Source of the DNA: Blasia pusilla
Lineage: Eukaryota
Length of the DNA: 64,000 bases
Direction: 5' to 3'
NCBI GenBank assembly: GCA_050084515.1
Contig: CM114271.1
Span: 20,336,001 to 20,400,000 of the forward strand
A model generated the notes under the pieces. That model was given only the letters and a program-made list of their open reading frames with translations, was not told where the DNA came from and made no database searches. Position numbers and translations under genes: made by a program. This document shows positions 41,101 to 55,156 of the stretch, in pieces; the first letter of the stretch is position 1; every line of letters starts with the position of its first letter.

Positions 41101-41276
41101 TCCGTTCTACACAAGTCTGCAGCTCCTACAGAAGGCCCTTTCTGATCATGCGCAACTGCGGGATGATCCACAACAAACAGCAATCCAACTACGAACAACA
41201 CGTGCAGCTGCGCTTGTAATTTCTGCAGAGCTACGTATACGTGAACACTCCTGCCGACCTTGCAAGACGTTCCCAT
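35138..41276 (-). CDS. Neprosin-family (DUF239 with activation peptide) secreted glutamic peptidase, ~493 aa, 7 exons
   Basis: Exons 41276-41004, 40605-40528, 39901-39563, 38897-38715, 37401-37348, 36475-36329, 35545-35138, all GT-AG and phase 0. Motifs DGDSVTC, CPEGTIPVR, EFSLAQLW, NTIEAGWQV, PRLFIFWTADAY..TGCYNL.CSGFVQ, SGNWWL, VGYWP, EFGGEI, TQMGSG, HFYFGG. Exon 1 boundaries are the least certain. Confidence 0.9.
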
Positions 41277-44200
41277 TTCCAAATTCAATCTTAATTACAA
41301 CACTCTTGCAATTGAGTGCTCAATCTTGGCACAAGAGACCTGCCACGCGCGCAGCTAAATTGACGCTGCAGTTCTGGATGAATCCGAAGAACTCCCCGAC
41401 TGGATGAAAGAGAAGATCTAGAAGCTAGTGACTCCTGTCCCTTGCGTATAAGTTCTCCAGCTGGATGTCAACTTGCTTTGGCAAGTTTTTGATCAATCAA
41501 TCACGCGCCGAAGTTTGCAATAAGGCCTAGGCCTTGGCCACAACAGACCTGCAGGGTCTTCCCTGAACCTAGGTACCTCGAGCTCGCTCACTTAGAACTG
41601 CAAGATATAAATAAATATATAATATACGTGTAAGTAGTGAGCGTATATATCAATACATTTGCACAAAGATTATCTGAAAATTTGCGGTCCAATCGTATGG
41701 ATCGACGTCGACTCCTATGTTGACCCAAACCAAGCTAGATAGAATCAGAAAAACTAGAGATTCGTCGAGTAAAAATCTTATTCATCAATGGGAGCGAAGA
41801 AAGATTTTGGCCGGGCCCAGAAGAGCTTATCTAAAGCAATGATTATGGTCCGGAAGCTCTAGGGGGTTTAATCACTTTCATCATTCCGAGAATAAATCTT
41901 GAGCTGGATGTCGACTTGCATATCTGTGTAAATCTGCAAAGGAGTTCATCATGGGTCGGACAGCTCTATCTTGTGATGACGGACCTCACTATTTCTCGAT
42001 TTCTGAGCAGAAGCCAGTAGTACTATCAGGTGAGTATGGTGCTCAGAGAACCTGAGAGCAGCCGCGCCGCAAGCAGATCGAGAAGCTACTTCATCTGCAA
42101 AAGTCATGGTAAAAATTCACTCCTCCGCCGGTCGACTCTGCGTCCCAACTGAAGATCTAGACAGAGCGTTGCTTAAGTAGCCAGCAGAAAGGCAAGAATT
42201 TGGTTGGGCAGCTGCAGATGCCGAGAGGCATCCAGTCAGAGGTATTTAACTTATTCGCAAAGTGACCGGCGAGAAGTCCATGCCAAAGGCATTACCCACG
42301 CTCCACGGTAGCTACATTTGGGTCTATATAGCTATGAACGGAGTTTTGTCCGTAGCTACGTGGTGACCCTGTCAGAGCCCTATTAATCTTGGTAGAATTC
42401 TGATTCCTCCGCAAATCGAGGTTGAAGATCCTTTCATCAAGCACGTAGTATACGACACCCGCCAGTGCCGCCACCGAAGTCAGATTCATGATCAGCTGTA
42501 GGTGCATGTGGATGACCAGAATGATTATCAACGTTCAGAAGTACTCATCAGAGCTTTGCACTGTGCGCGCGCGGGTATTTCTGTGGAAGTCCATGCCATA
42601 GCGTCGACTCTAATTCGTTCTCGTTCTAAATTTAGCGTTACAACACAACATTACTATATTTAATCACAACCTTGCTCAAGTGAACATTGCCCCTACAGAG
42701 GGAACTCGAAACATGCGACTCTGAACTCTGAAGCGTTTCGAATTCAAGTCTCCGGCCTACTGCAGACAAGTAGATGAGGGATGCAGCGATCGGTCGTCAG
42801 CGAGGAACCAATGGTACTCATCGGTGAGAGTCCCAGATTAGCTAGATAGGTCTAGCTATACGCGTAGGCCTGCCTGCGCGAAGTGCTCAGTCTATTGATG
42901 AAATTGTTACGAGGAGAGCGTAAACAATACCACCTTTCGATCTTGGCTAAGTGCCAAACATTGAAAAATGACAAGGACTTCAACAAGTTTATTACACTAC
43001 TGTTTTTTGAGTAAAATTTGGTACATCGACGTCTACGTATAGATATATATTCAATTATACGAGTATGTAAAGATCGAGGGCGATTCAATTTGTTCACGAG
43101 TTTGTTTCACTAAACGCGACACGCTGAACAGATCACTGTCTCCGTTAATTAATCTAGTCCCCAAATGTTGTGAACTGAAAGATGGATTCACGTGTGTATA
43201 CTTGAGCTACTCGGGAATTCATGAGGAGTGTTAGCGGTGGCCACACTGGTGAAGTTCGAACAGAACTTCTCAACAGCAGCAACTTAAGTTAATCCATGTC
43301 TCGGAGAGGTACATACCGACCGACAGATCCTTACTAACGTCCACGCACCGCTATCATCGGCGTAACGTCGTAGAGTTCTCTAGAGCCTACACCTCGTAAT
43401 GCGTGACTTCCACCCAGTCGTCGATGAGCATCGAGGATCTAGTACAACTGGTGATTATGAACATTGAATTCAAGGCTGAACGTCGCTATAAAATATTATG
43501 TTTCAGTTTTCAGGATTGAGCTTTGAACATGGATAACGTCAGTTTTCAGGGGATGTAGATTAGTTGACGCATATGCGGGATCTGAAGATCAATGTCTATA
43601 TCGGGAAAGGTTCGCCCTCTCCACATGTCTGCCTTAAGTACCTAGTGCTTGAGATGGAGAGGGCACATCTCGAGGTGCTGCAAGAGCACGAGAGCGTCCT
43701 TTCTCATCTTAAAGTTGTAATAAGTTTTGTGTCGTTGACAGTTTGAGCAATAATTAGTTTATATTGTATCATCATTACTCAACCTCAATCATTATTTTCT
43801 GTCATGATTATACATACGCAGGCGTTTTATCTTCCGCATTGACATGAAAACGTGAAAGTAAAAGGAACTCATAAGGACAGCTAGATCTGCAGTCTCAGCC
43901 AAGATTTTCAAGCACCCCTGTGATGTATAGTATTTGGATTTCGATGATTTTCGCTCACGATCATCTGTAGAGCGGCGGTACGTGATTGAATATACATCCA
44001 CAACTCTTGAATTTGGAACGGGTTTCTGATTTGTCACTGGTTGTGCGCCTGTGTGTTTTACACTAATTTCCAGAAGTGGACAGTTGCTCCTGCGGGTCTA
44101 CTTGCTTTACTAGGAAGTCCCAACTTTAAAGTAGCTGTACTCTCGTGTAACTTCGGTCTGCAATTCCCTCAAGGTCGAGATTGCAAGCCGGGATTTGATA

Positions 44201-47200
44201 TCTATGTAGGATAGCACTTGTAACTAAACTAGCTGGCTTAAACGTCGATGACGAGATAGATATGTTTATGTCGATGCGTAGATACATCTAGATCCAAATC
44301 GATCCGTGTACTACATAGGGCGGATCTTCATCTACCTATGTAGCTGAGCTAATCTTCAAAAAGAACTGTGGGTGCACAACACCGAACTGTCTCTGGAACG
44401 ATAATGCTAACTCTACCTGCACAGCGTTAAGATCATGTTCATTTATATGAGATCCCAGGTGGCGATATGTACATGGCGAGACTGTCAGTTCGAGTGAGCC
44501 CGCGAGTAGAAACTGACGAACGTAGTTAAGTAGGTACTGGCATGGACTTGCATAGAAGCGATTCGGATAGAATGTCAGCAAGGCCTGAGACACACTCACC
44601 AAGTTCTATTGATCCAAATGTTCATATCACATGGGGGCCTTGCACTAGGCCAGCTAGTTATAAATTAAACCTGCAGTGCTCACTGCCTACTTCCGCCTAC
44701 GCCTCCTGGGCGGCCATGATTATTTTCTGCAGTCGTTGCGTAACTAGATCGAGATGCGGCAGCTTTCTGGACAGTTATGGATCCTCACATGTAAGCTGAG
44801 GAGCGAAAGCACCGGCCCGAAGCGGCCACAAACTGTACATTCTAGAGGCTAGATGTACAACGTCCGTCTAAATTACGACTGCTATTTTTAGTTTCTGACG
44901 AAGAGAACAGCAGGCCTCGTGAACGTCCTTATGAGCAGCGTAATTACAAAAAAAATGTCAAACTGCAAGTCTTGACGGTGCCCAAACATCGATTAAAATA
45001 TGTATTTCTATAGCGTGATCCTGGCGGATATATCAGCGTTCAAAGTAGCACGTCACTGATGATGAAAACGACGCTTGGTGACTCGCTCGCTGGTAGATCC
45101 TGGATTCCATTCGGAGCCCCGTCGGTCACAGGACTTCTGTCAGTCTCACATAGACTTTATTTCTTTCGCGGAAATGTATGCACCTATACTCAGCGTCAAC
45201 TTGAATTACGAAACTTCATTTTCTACGATGTATTTCCGATCCTCGCATCTCCGCCGATGTAAAGGCCCGGCCCGGTGGCCGTTTCTCGATCATGTACAGA
45301 GTTCGGGACCCAAGATTCCCGCGATCTCAATCATACCTTCAAAACCTAGAGTCTACGGACTCCAGGATTTAAAATTCTCCTTTCCCTTCTGCAGGTTGGG
45401 TTATTTGCGTTTGAGTATTAGGTCACAATCTGGAATGACCAATTTGGCAGCCGTCTGATCCAATTATTAGAGAATTATTCGTATTTTCTATCTCCGCAGG
45501 CCTTTACTCATCATGTCAGAGCATTGTAATTTCGTACAGATAAGCTTTGGAGACCCGCTCTGCTCAAGTTTTCCCCAGCTGAACCATCGACATATCTGCT
45601 TCCGGTCAAATATATCTTGAATCTGGATTGCGAGTCGGAATCCCATGGATCGATCCTCAATGTGTACGTGGCGCATGCATATGCGTACGTACATTTGCAG
45701 ACGACTGCCGTGTGAAGTCGTAGATCGGTCGCAAGCATCTTTGACGGCAAAGTTCCTGCTGCTTTCCAATTATAACGATGACGATCCTCTTCCGTATGAC
45801 AGTAAATTTTTCATGCCCAGTTGTTCCCGTCGCCATGTTTCCATACTCTTTCTCTGATACTCCGTATGATCATAAATTGTGGATGTAGTCTTGTCTCCAT
45901 GATTACCAGAGCTGATGTGTTCTTTCCGCTAAGTCGGTTTCTACGGGTTTCCTTTTTCGCTTCCATCGGGCCAATTGTGATCTTCGAGCTCTATCGTGAG
46001 TGGTGGTTGCATCCTTTGGTTCCTCTTTCGTTTCACTATGGTTTGTCATGCCTTTGTTCGTACAGGGTAAGACATAGATTCTATTCCGGGGTTCTTGTGA
46101 ATGGGCCGGGCGAGAATGTAGCGCAGATTCAGCGTCTAGATTTACGACTAACGTAAAGCGGTACTGTATGTATCAGTGGACCTGTAGTACTCGTCCGTAC
46201 TGGACGTAAGGGTCGGGAGACGGTTCCAATGCACTCCAAAAGCTTCAGAACTCGTGCTACTATACTAGTCTACAAGAGATGCACCTGTATGATGCCAGTG
46301 CTTCGTATCCCTAGAAATATCGTGAGGCGAACATTGGGCAGTGGAAGACCAGTGTGACGACATCGGCGTGGTTCTAATAGCGTCTCTAATCGGAAACATA
46401 GCCTGCATGCCTTGGAAGCCTCAAGTAGCACCCGTCCCGTCGATCGGACGATCCTGGCTGTTAGACTGGGAGCTGATGACCTTGAGTGCCAGGTTTTTGA
46501 TTGATTGAATCAGCTATGCGTATGTATGCCCAGCGGTGGCTCTCGATAATGCAAAACTTTGCGCCGTACAGCACGCAGGACCGGGACTCAGGCAGGTGTG
46601 CGGCCAGTCCTGTAATCTCTTCGGGTCGTGTTTTGTGTTGAATTATAAATACGCGTAGCTCGGCGTCGCAATACAGGCGCGGTTTTGAGGTTTGCTCCTC
46701 AGCGACGTCGATCATGATTGGAAATCTGCCAAACTCAAGTCTGAGAACAAGTGTCAGTAGTCCCCCTACGGTCAAGAAACAGAACCGATGCGTGAGTAAG
46801 CTGCTGAGGTCCAGGTTCCGGGTAGTTTGTCCCAGAGAACCGGTACTTTCCCGGCACACGGGAATTTTCGAATGGTCGGCTGTGTTTGTACAAAAGTACC
46901 CAATATTCCCAGTCCGTTTTTGGCCGGTGACCTCAACCGGCGAGGTCAACACGTAACGGCGGTTCTCCCCGTCTGCGATGCAATGAACGCATAGAACCGG
47001 GGCCACGAGTATACCTGGCCGGTTGAAAATGAGAATTTCCGACCCCTGAAAGGAATTTCCGGCTAGTTTCCCGACTAACTTGCCGCCCCGCTCGGAAACT
47101 GGACGTGCATGTGTTTTTGTTGCCCGTATTTCCCTGTTCATGGCGGAGACATGGCAGAAATATCAGGTTCTCGGGACAAACTGGTCGGCTTTCTCCTGGC

Positions 47201-47750
47201 AACGATTTTCAACATGTCGGAATGTTCCGGGGGGACTTTTGGGTACCGGAAAACAGACTATCCACCGCAACCGTCAGATGAGAGGCATGGACACATCTCC
47301 TCCCTCCATAGTAGGGCTGCAGCGGCTGCTGTTAGGGGCCTTGGGGCAAGCCGCAAGTGGAGACTCGAGACTCGATTCACTCGACTGAGTCGACTTGTGG
47401 GATTGCACTCGTGGAGTTGGGGTCGGGGCTGCTGGGGCATTCGGGGGTACGTGGCTGCGGGGCCTCATTCGCTAGTCTGCATTGCTGCAACTTTGCACCT
47501 TCGCTCACGGCCTCCTGCGTCCCGCAACTCCCGCCTCACTCGTCCTCTCGGCCTCGGCTCCCGCCTCACTCGTCCTCTCGGGCCTCGGCTTTGCCCTTGG
47601 ATTGCTCCAGCCTACGGGCCGGCTTCTCTTCGTAAGAATCGTTAGACGTCAAACAGGCTCGGACTCTTGGAGTCTCGCACTTCATCTCGTCACCCTCATC
47701 CAGTGTGTAGACTCCGCCGCTGAGAGCTCATGGGCCCTTGACTCCTCCTC

Positions 47751-48048
47751 GACATTTTGCAGGCAAGAAAATGATGCGAAGCGGGCATAAATCTGCAGCA
47801 TGTGTTAAAGAAAAGATGAGAGTCGCGAGAAGAAATGAGGAGTTACGGGTGAGAAAAATATGTGAGGCGGGCAGTGCCAAGCACCACCGCAGGCAAGAGT
47901 CGCAAGACACAAACTGTCACAAAGACGAGCAAAAAGAAGCTGAGTCTCACCCGTAACTCCTCATTTCTTCTCGCGACTCTCATCTTTTCTTTAACACATG
48001 CTGCAGATTTATGCCCGCTTTGCATCGTTTTCTTGCCTGCAAACTGTC
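47751..48048. repeat. Inverted repeat with 104-bp arms (47751-47854 / 47945-48048)
   Basis: Arms are reverse complements with about 3 mismatches; 90-bp spacer. Confidence 0.92.
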
Positions 48049-48637
48049 ACAACTCTTGCCTGCAGCAGTTTTTTCCCGCCTCACATCATATTCTTGCCCG
48101 CGGACTGTCACAGTTTCAATCCGCCCTGGGGTCTACATTGCAGAGCCGCTATTGTTCTTGGGAACGTCTCTTGTTCATGTCTTCTTCTATTCTTCTTTGT
48201 ATTGTTCTTGGCTTCTAAACCCTACAGCTCGGGTGAATCATTTCCCTACAAGGCCTCCATTGTTTGCTGGTTTTCCTTGCCTTAGTTGCTTTCGTACCAA
48301 GTTTGAATGTTCGGCGTATTTATTCAACAGCTTGGTTTACACTACTTGCTTCCACCAGCAACCGAGATTGCATTGTGCTGATTTGTGCACTTGCAGTCTT
48401 GCATGAGCCGAATTTGAATTTTTTTTCGCATGAGTAGAGTTTAGGGCCGTTCATTTGCTGCACTTATTATCATTGTAAAGAAGAAGGGGTTGCCTTTAGG
48501 CCACAACTCTCCTTGTTGCCTTTGGTCTCCTGGCCGCATGTTTCTTTAGTTCAAGGTAGTGAAGTTGTATCTGTTCTATTATGGTTTAGGGTTAGGTTCT
48601 AGATTGTGACTTGACATAGAGAGGGGAAGGGGGGAGG

Positions 48638-50915
48638 GTGAGACATCATCTTCAGATGGCCAAGAGACAGAGAACTATGAGTGAGATGTTGTACAAAGAT
48701 TGTAGTCAATTATTTCCAGAAGAGTCGAGCAGGTCAGGCTCATCAGATGGGAAGGAAGTAGATAAATCCAATGGACCTTTGGGAAGCATAGCCGATAAGA
48801 ATCGACATGCATGGAAGGACATGTGGTACTCTCTATTTGATTGGATAGAATTTCATGTAGAAAGCGGTAGGATTTTCTGCAAAGTTTGTAGACAGGGAAA
48901 GGGTAAGAGCTCGTTTGCAAGGGACGGTGCCATAAACTGTAAGGTCTCGGCCTTCACAGATCATGGCAAATCGAATGAGCATATGAAGCTCTCTTGGGTT
49001 GCTAACATAGGGAACAGGTCCATGGCCAAGGCCATTGCAACTACTAATCGAACTTGTGATGTAGCTTTATTGACTTTATTTAAGTCTGCATATTTCATTG
49101 CAAGGGAAGCCTTGCCTTTTGTGAAATTCCCAAATTTGTGTAAGTTGTTGTGTTCTGTGAATGCCCCATTGACCAGAGAGTTGTACCACGATGAGAAGAG
49201 CTATGCTGATATGTGCTTTTACATCAGCCAAGTTCTTCTCAGAAGGACCCTTAGTAAAGTGCAGAAGTCTCCTTTTTTCGGGATTATGATAGATGAATCC
49301 ACGGATATTTTTGTAACAGGACACTTGGTTGTATTTGTAACGTACTTAGAAGAGGGCCAGGTTCAGAGTTCATTTCTAGGATTGATGCAATGTCCAGAGA
49401 AGTGCTCCAATGCTATTACTAGTACTCTTTTGGAGTTGATAAAGGATTCACGGCTTGAGAGTACAAAAATGGTAGCTTTTGGCTCTGACGGAGCCTCAAC
49501 CATGGTTTAACCATGGTTGGAAGTCAAAATGGGGTAGCCTCTCAGCTAAAGCAGAAGGTAAACCCCTTTTTGCTCTCACTGCATTGTGTAGCACATAGGA
49601 CCAATTTGGCTGCTTTGACAGCAGCCAAAACACCAACTTGCAAGGAGACATCAAGAGATATAGACTCCATCTTGAATGCTGTAGCTGGATACTTTAGGAG
49701 ATCTTCCAAGAGGAAGTGTGCTCTTGCAACATTGCAAGAGTAACTCAATGACTCCCAGAGGGTTATGAAAAGGTATCATAAAATTCGTTGGTTGTCACGT
49801 TGGCAAGAAGTGACTACATTGTGTGATTCGTTGGAATCTGTTCTTAGGTATTTCAAGGATATTTTGCCTTCCGAGGATGATGGTAATGCTACTAATCTAT
49901 ACAACAGGTTGAGATCATTTTAAATGAACTACCAATTGTATTTTCTGGCTGATATTTTGTCAATTCTTGCAAACTTGAGCAAAGTTTTTCAATACAAATT
50001 TGTAGATGTTAGTACTATTGGCGTCATAGTGAATTCTGAAATTGCTTCGATTACAATGAATTTTGTGATGGAAAGCCATGACTTAAATGCTTCTACTTTC
50101 TCAGAAGATACAGGGTACCATATTTTTCCTGATTTGGGCCCCCCTGGAGGATATCTGAAGCGCCCGCAATCTGAGATAAGGGGTAGTTCCATAGTATAGA
50201 GATGGTGAGAGATCGGACGGGAAAGGACTTGGAATCTGCTTTAACCTTTCAAAAGAATTTTTCAGAGAGTGTATGTGCAGGTTTACATGACCGGTTTAAA
50301 GATAACAATTTGATTGGTGCAATGAGGGTATTGAATCCTCTTCACATGCCTTCAAGGCAAGTAGGGCTGAATAGTTGGGGTTGTAAGGAGGTAGATGAGT
50401 TATGTGCACATTTTGGAGTGGTACTACTACCACTGAGGGGTCATTTGGAGCCCGCTCTTATAAACCCTGGAGCAATGAAAAATGAATTTCACTCATTCAA
50501 GCTCATGTCCACAAGTGAGTGGAAAGACCAAAACTTTCGAGACTTGTGGGCTATGGTAAGTTGGAGTCCATCTTTGCAACGTAAGTTTTATAACCTACTT
50601 GTGTTAGCTAATATTGCTAGAGTACAATGTGTGAGTACAGCTATTTGTGAGAGAGCTTTCTCTATTCAGAATACTATTAAGACTAAAACTTGTAATAGAT
50701 TGGTGATAAAACATTTGGATGCTGTACTTAGGATTTCCTTAGAAGGGCTAGTACCTAATACTGAGGATCTCTTGGTTGAATCAATAGTACTTTGGAAAAA
50801 TTCTGCAAACTTTAGATGTGTCTATTCGAACCTTGAGAAGTATATTGTTGATCCTCCAATAGAAGCAACAAATAAGGTTGAGAATGCTGCAAGTCCATCT
50901 ATTCCAGATGTTTAA
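48638..50915 (+). pseudogene. hAT transposase (ZNF862/KIAA1586-like, TTF-type zinc finger), interrupted by stops
   Basis: W...FDWI...IFCKVC; FFGIMIDESTD; FGSDGASTM; HCVAHRTNLA; IRWLSRW; VSTAICERAFS dimerisation motif. Stops at 49508, 49741, 49921 and a frameshift near 50200. Confidence 0.9.
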
Positions 50916-53900
50916 GATAGTGGTGGAAGAGAGAAGGGGGGGGGGACACCCTTTTGTAATACCTTGGAGCTTTTCATGGAGCTTCAAGTATTATGGAGGG
51001 GTAAGATCCTTGGCTCCCAACTGATGGAAGGCTTGGCCAGGTTCAAATCCTGCCAGGGATATGTTAGAAGAGTCAAAGGATCATGGGGCAGCCAATGCAA
51101 AGAAATTCACAATAAGGAATGAGATTTTAATTACATATAATCCTTGGTTCCCAAGGGGTGGGAGGCTTGGCCAGGTTCAAATCCTGCCAAAGATGTGAAA
51201 GGAATTTCCAAATTGAAGCCTTGAAGAGTTGGAGACGAAATGAAATTTCCGGGAAGATTTTCAACCTGCTAGAAATTGGCTGCCTGCAAACCCAAGTCAG
51301 GCATGAAATTTCTGAATTAAAAAAAATTCAGAAATTTACTTTAAAAAAAATTATCTCAGAAATTAGCTACGGTAAATTTTTCTAGCTCCTCCAACGAATT
51401 TTCTGCACGTCGAAGGCCCCGGATATCTGCGGGTTGCCAGAAAAAACTACCCGGACCTTGCTTCGATGGTTGTAGGGAAAGTATATTGTACAATCCATTG
51501 CACCGGCTCGTCCTGTACTTCAGATCCCAGTACGGTACAGTAGTGGTTACTTTTTCATGGTCCATAGTTACCGCTAGCTCGTAGCTTAACGAGCTAGCGC
51601 CGAGGCATGTCAGTGCAGGATGATCTATGGCTAAGCTAGGGTAGGGTAGGGCTGGGAACTGGGAAGGGGAGCTCTACAAGTTGCGTAGGCTGATGTATCA
51701 GTCTGTCGAGATCTGAGCACTCGCCTCGTGAAGCGCACACGCATCGTGGAGGAAGGACCACCATTCGCCAGGGTCTTGTCTCTTGGTCGAGAAAAAGATC
51801 AGTCCAGGGCCTTTGTCTGGATGCGCTCGGCTGGCCAGAAGCCGGCATGGACAGAATATGACCATGCATCCTCGCAAGCTCAATTAAGTTCTCCTCCTGC
51901 TCGATCAGCTCGCCGCTGCAGAAGCTCTGCGTCACTCGCTCGTTCGTCGGGTCGGCTGCGTCGGGTTTAATTGAAAGTTAACTACATGAGCGGTCGCCAC
52001 GATCAATTGACGCTGCATCAAGGATCTCCGACTTCTTGAGGACTCGAAAAACTAACCACCCTCAAAATTGAATCGCAGAAAGGGGACTTGCAAGGCCTGG
52101 TTTTGGATTCTTTAGGTTGTGTGTGTGCTCTCCGGATATCCGCCTCAGATCTTGGTTCTACATCTTTCTTATTCCTTAGCTTCTATCTGAAACCCAGTGG
52201 CATGGCTAGCTGAAAAAGTTAGGCGACCCTTCGCGCGGGTTTCACCGCACTCTAGTCCGCTCACGGTCCCACAGGAATCGTCCTATTCATGCTCAGTAAG
52301 TAAGTACAGTCCTCAATCACCTAGCTGATTCGCTACATATGTATCGATATCTTATGAAAGGTCTTTCCCTTTCCCCAACAAATATTCTGAGAATCCTAGC
52401 TACTCACTATCTATATCAAGCTCGAACTGACAAGCATACATGGACTAGTTAAGTTTCCAAGTCTGATGTACGCGCTTTCATCTGGGTAGGTACTCTGCTT
52501 TTTAGAAAACAATCGTTTCGGAATCAATGACAAGTTAGAAAGACTCATCCAATCAATAACGCTAGGCAGATTTAACGCCGACTCCGCTCATCAATTTATA
52601 ATCAATCTTGAGCAGGACAACAGAGACCTCTGTAGATATAGACATCGATCATCATCGTCTGGACCTGCACATGTATGTCGATCAAGGCTTGCAAATTTTT
52701 TTCAAAGCTTCTTCTGGACGTTTACCAGAACTTCATCAACCAGGGATTGGATTTCAGAGTTGGGCAGATATTCCACGTTGCAGTGTAGCCATAGCTACAC
52801 TGCTTGGGTCCAGTTCCAAGCTGACCGCTCTTGAATACATGTGGGAGTAAGCTTCCAATTGCAATCCGCTATTGTTCTTCGAAAGCCACATTCGCTTACT
52901 GAAATTAGACCAAGCACATTCAAGGGCGGTTCACACCTTGCACATTGGCCATCTTTTGTCGGGGGTCACCGTGTCGTTTCGGACACATGGTAGGTACGAA
53001 GAGGGTGCACCACATTAAACGTCGACAAATTAATGTGGAAGTCGACTGGGATACTTCGAACCAACCTTCTACCGACAGTGCGGCACACCAATTTTCTCTT
53101 CCACATTATCCTCTTCTGTCGGACAAATGCAAGCCGTTGTCGGTCACATCGAAGCCCCGCCGAGACTTTCACGTACGTGTCCAGTGGCATGAGCGACAGA
53201 AATTTGAAACACAGTTCTACATGACCGTAGAACTAATTCGAACAAGACCCATCCAATCGTCTGAGGACCTTGGTAGCTTTGCCAGGTACCCGTTCAGTAG
53301 CCGGGTGAAGAAGCAGAGAACATGTCGGGTGTATTTATAATTTCTTTTCGAAAAACGCACCTCCATATGACAGTTTTTAAGACTTAAAAATACTGTACCT
53401 TGCTATATACCCTGTTCCCACACTCTTCCCGCCCTGGTAAGTAATGACACCCCTTTTCAAACTCCACAAACATCTCGGAAACCCAACAGGTGCACGTGTA
53501 GCGGTTGCTCTTCGGCAGGGTTTATTGAGACGGTATTACGGTAAGTTTTCTACTTTCTTTTAATTCAGGTCGGTTAGCTGCGTTAGCTCACAAAAAATCA
53601 AATAAAAAGAAATCCTCATTTCTTATCCCCAAAGGTTCTCGGAGGGGTTGGAGTCTGGGAGAGGAACGGAATTTCTTCATTTTAACCGGTCGGCTATGTA
53701 CGGAACCTCCAACTTTGGAGGATGCCACGAGTTCCATGTTTTTTTGTCTTCCCATCAATTGTCCCCGCCTCGGTTCGTCCCAATACAACCTTGTTAAGTG
53801 GAAGTATTTCCCGGAACGCTTTTCTCTTTTCCAAAGAGGCATCTCAACTCTTTTTTCTTTTGAGTTACATTAAACAGGCACCGCCAAAATGTAGCGAACA

Positions 53901-54880
53901 TTATGTACGTCAAGAAACTTCTGTCGGATGCAGTAACTGTTTTGGGAATATAAAACTATGCAAATGCACCAGCTTGACCCACTTTGAACTAAAAGCTATT
54001 GTCCGTTCAAAGTAAATTTTTTTCATGACAATCAAATTTAAATCAAGGGTATTAGTAAATTTGGAGGAGAAAGGAGGAAAAAATACCCCGTACGTAGAAA
54101 AAGCTAACCATGCTAATATTTAGGCAGAGGTTCAAGAATGACTGCAAGTGCACCGCTTTGAACTAAGTTATGTGTCCCATTTTCATTCTTAAACTTAAAT
54201 TTTAGGAATAAAATTCCTAGGGTACAAAAATGATGCGGAGATAGATGTGCCATAAGTTTATCCAACATTATCCAAGTTATGGAAGTTCCACTAAAATAAA
54301 GTGGCTTATGCCAAGAAACATTATGAGGATTATCCAACATGATCTTCCGATAATTAAAACTAGTGTTTTCTTTACAATGGGACCAAAAAATTCATGAAAA
54401 GAGTTTGTAAATCAAGAAACCATCACAAAATTTAAAGAGTAGCTTGCTTCACGTGTAATACTTTCCAATCGGAATCCAATTGCACATTGCCCTTCCGGAG
54501 GTCACTCGTATTCACATCATATTTAATATTTGACAAAAATGCTTTATTCCCCAAGCTAATGCATGACGATAGAAAAAATTCCTTAAAATTAGTCATTACT
54601 AGTCAATGCCCGTACCCTCCACGGGTGAAAGAAGCCTTACTTCTCATCGAGTTTTGTTAGATGAAACTAAGCTATTAGGGGGGGACATGTGTCAAGACTA
54701 GAGACAACCCCAAAGAACATGAGTCAAGTAGAGAGATGTATGTTAGTGAGACCCCTATAATCTGTTGCTAATAATATTACAGATCTTCCAAGTATTGATA
54801 AAGGGGCAAAACTTGTATGCAGAAATATGAGGCGACCTATACTTAGGAACTAGCGCCTAAGGTAGGAGATTACTAAGATC

Positions 54881-55156
54881 CAAAATTGCTCACAGACAAA
54901 GTCCATTTCCGCGAACTTATGTCCGTGCGGGCCGGGCCGCCATGCACGGGCCTTAGCCCGCCATGTGTGGGCCTTCAGCATCACTGAGCAGGAGGTGGCG
55001 TGGGCCACAAAATCAATGCGGGCTCGGCCAGCCTAGGTGCCCGTTACAAGATCGGGACCTCGGGTGCATGCCGTGGGTACCGGAGCCCCCACGCACATGT
55101 CCGTCCTAGGAACACACATAAGTCTGCGGACATGGACATGTATGTGTGCAACCCTG
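54881..55156. mobile_element. hAT-type MITE relative (degenerate)
   Basis: Ends tgtgcaaccctg; GC-rich interior with atgtccg/ggacat motifs as at 32372-32923. Confidence 0.45.

Larger units (their letters stand above)
46812..51460 (+). mobile_element. hAT-superfamily DNA transposon (decayed)
   Basis: Imperfect TIRs caggttccgggtagtttgt (46812) vs aaaaactacccggaccttg (ends 51460), 16/19 match; GAAATTTCC-like subterminal motifs; contains a transposase pseudogene. TSD not recognisable. Confidence 0.7.

Noticed and set aside
42292-42531. Possible exon (acceptor-like cag followed by a hydrophobic ORF) upstream of neprosin
   Set aside because: No recognisable homology or partner exons; needs transcript data.
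46461-47645. ORFs 46461-47141 (226 aa) and 47109-47645 (178 aa)
   Set aside because: They span or lie within the GC-rich hAT terminal region and show no recognisable domain.
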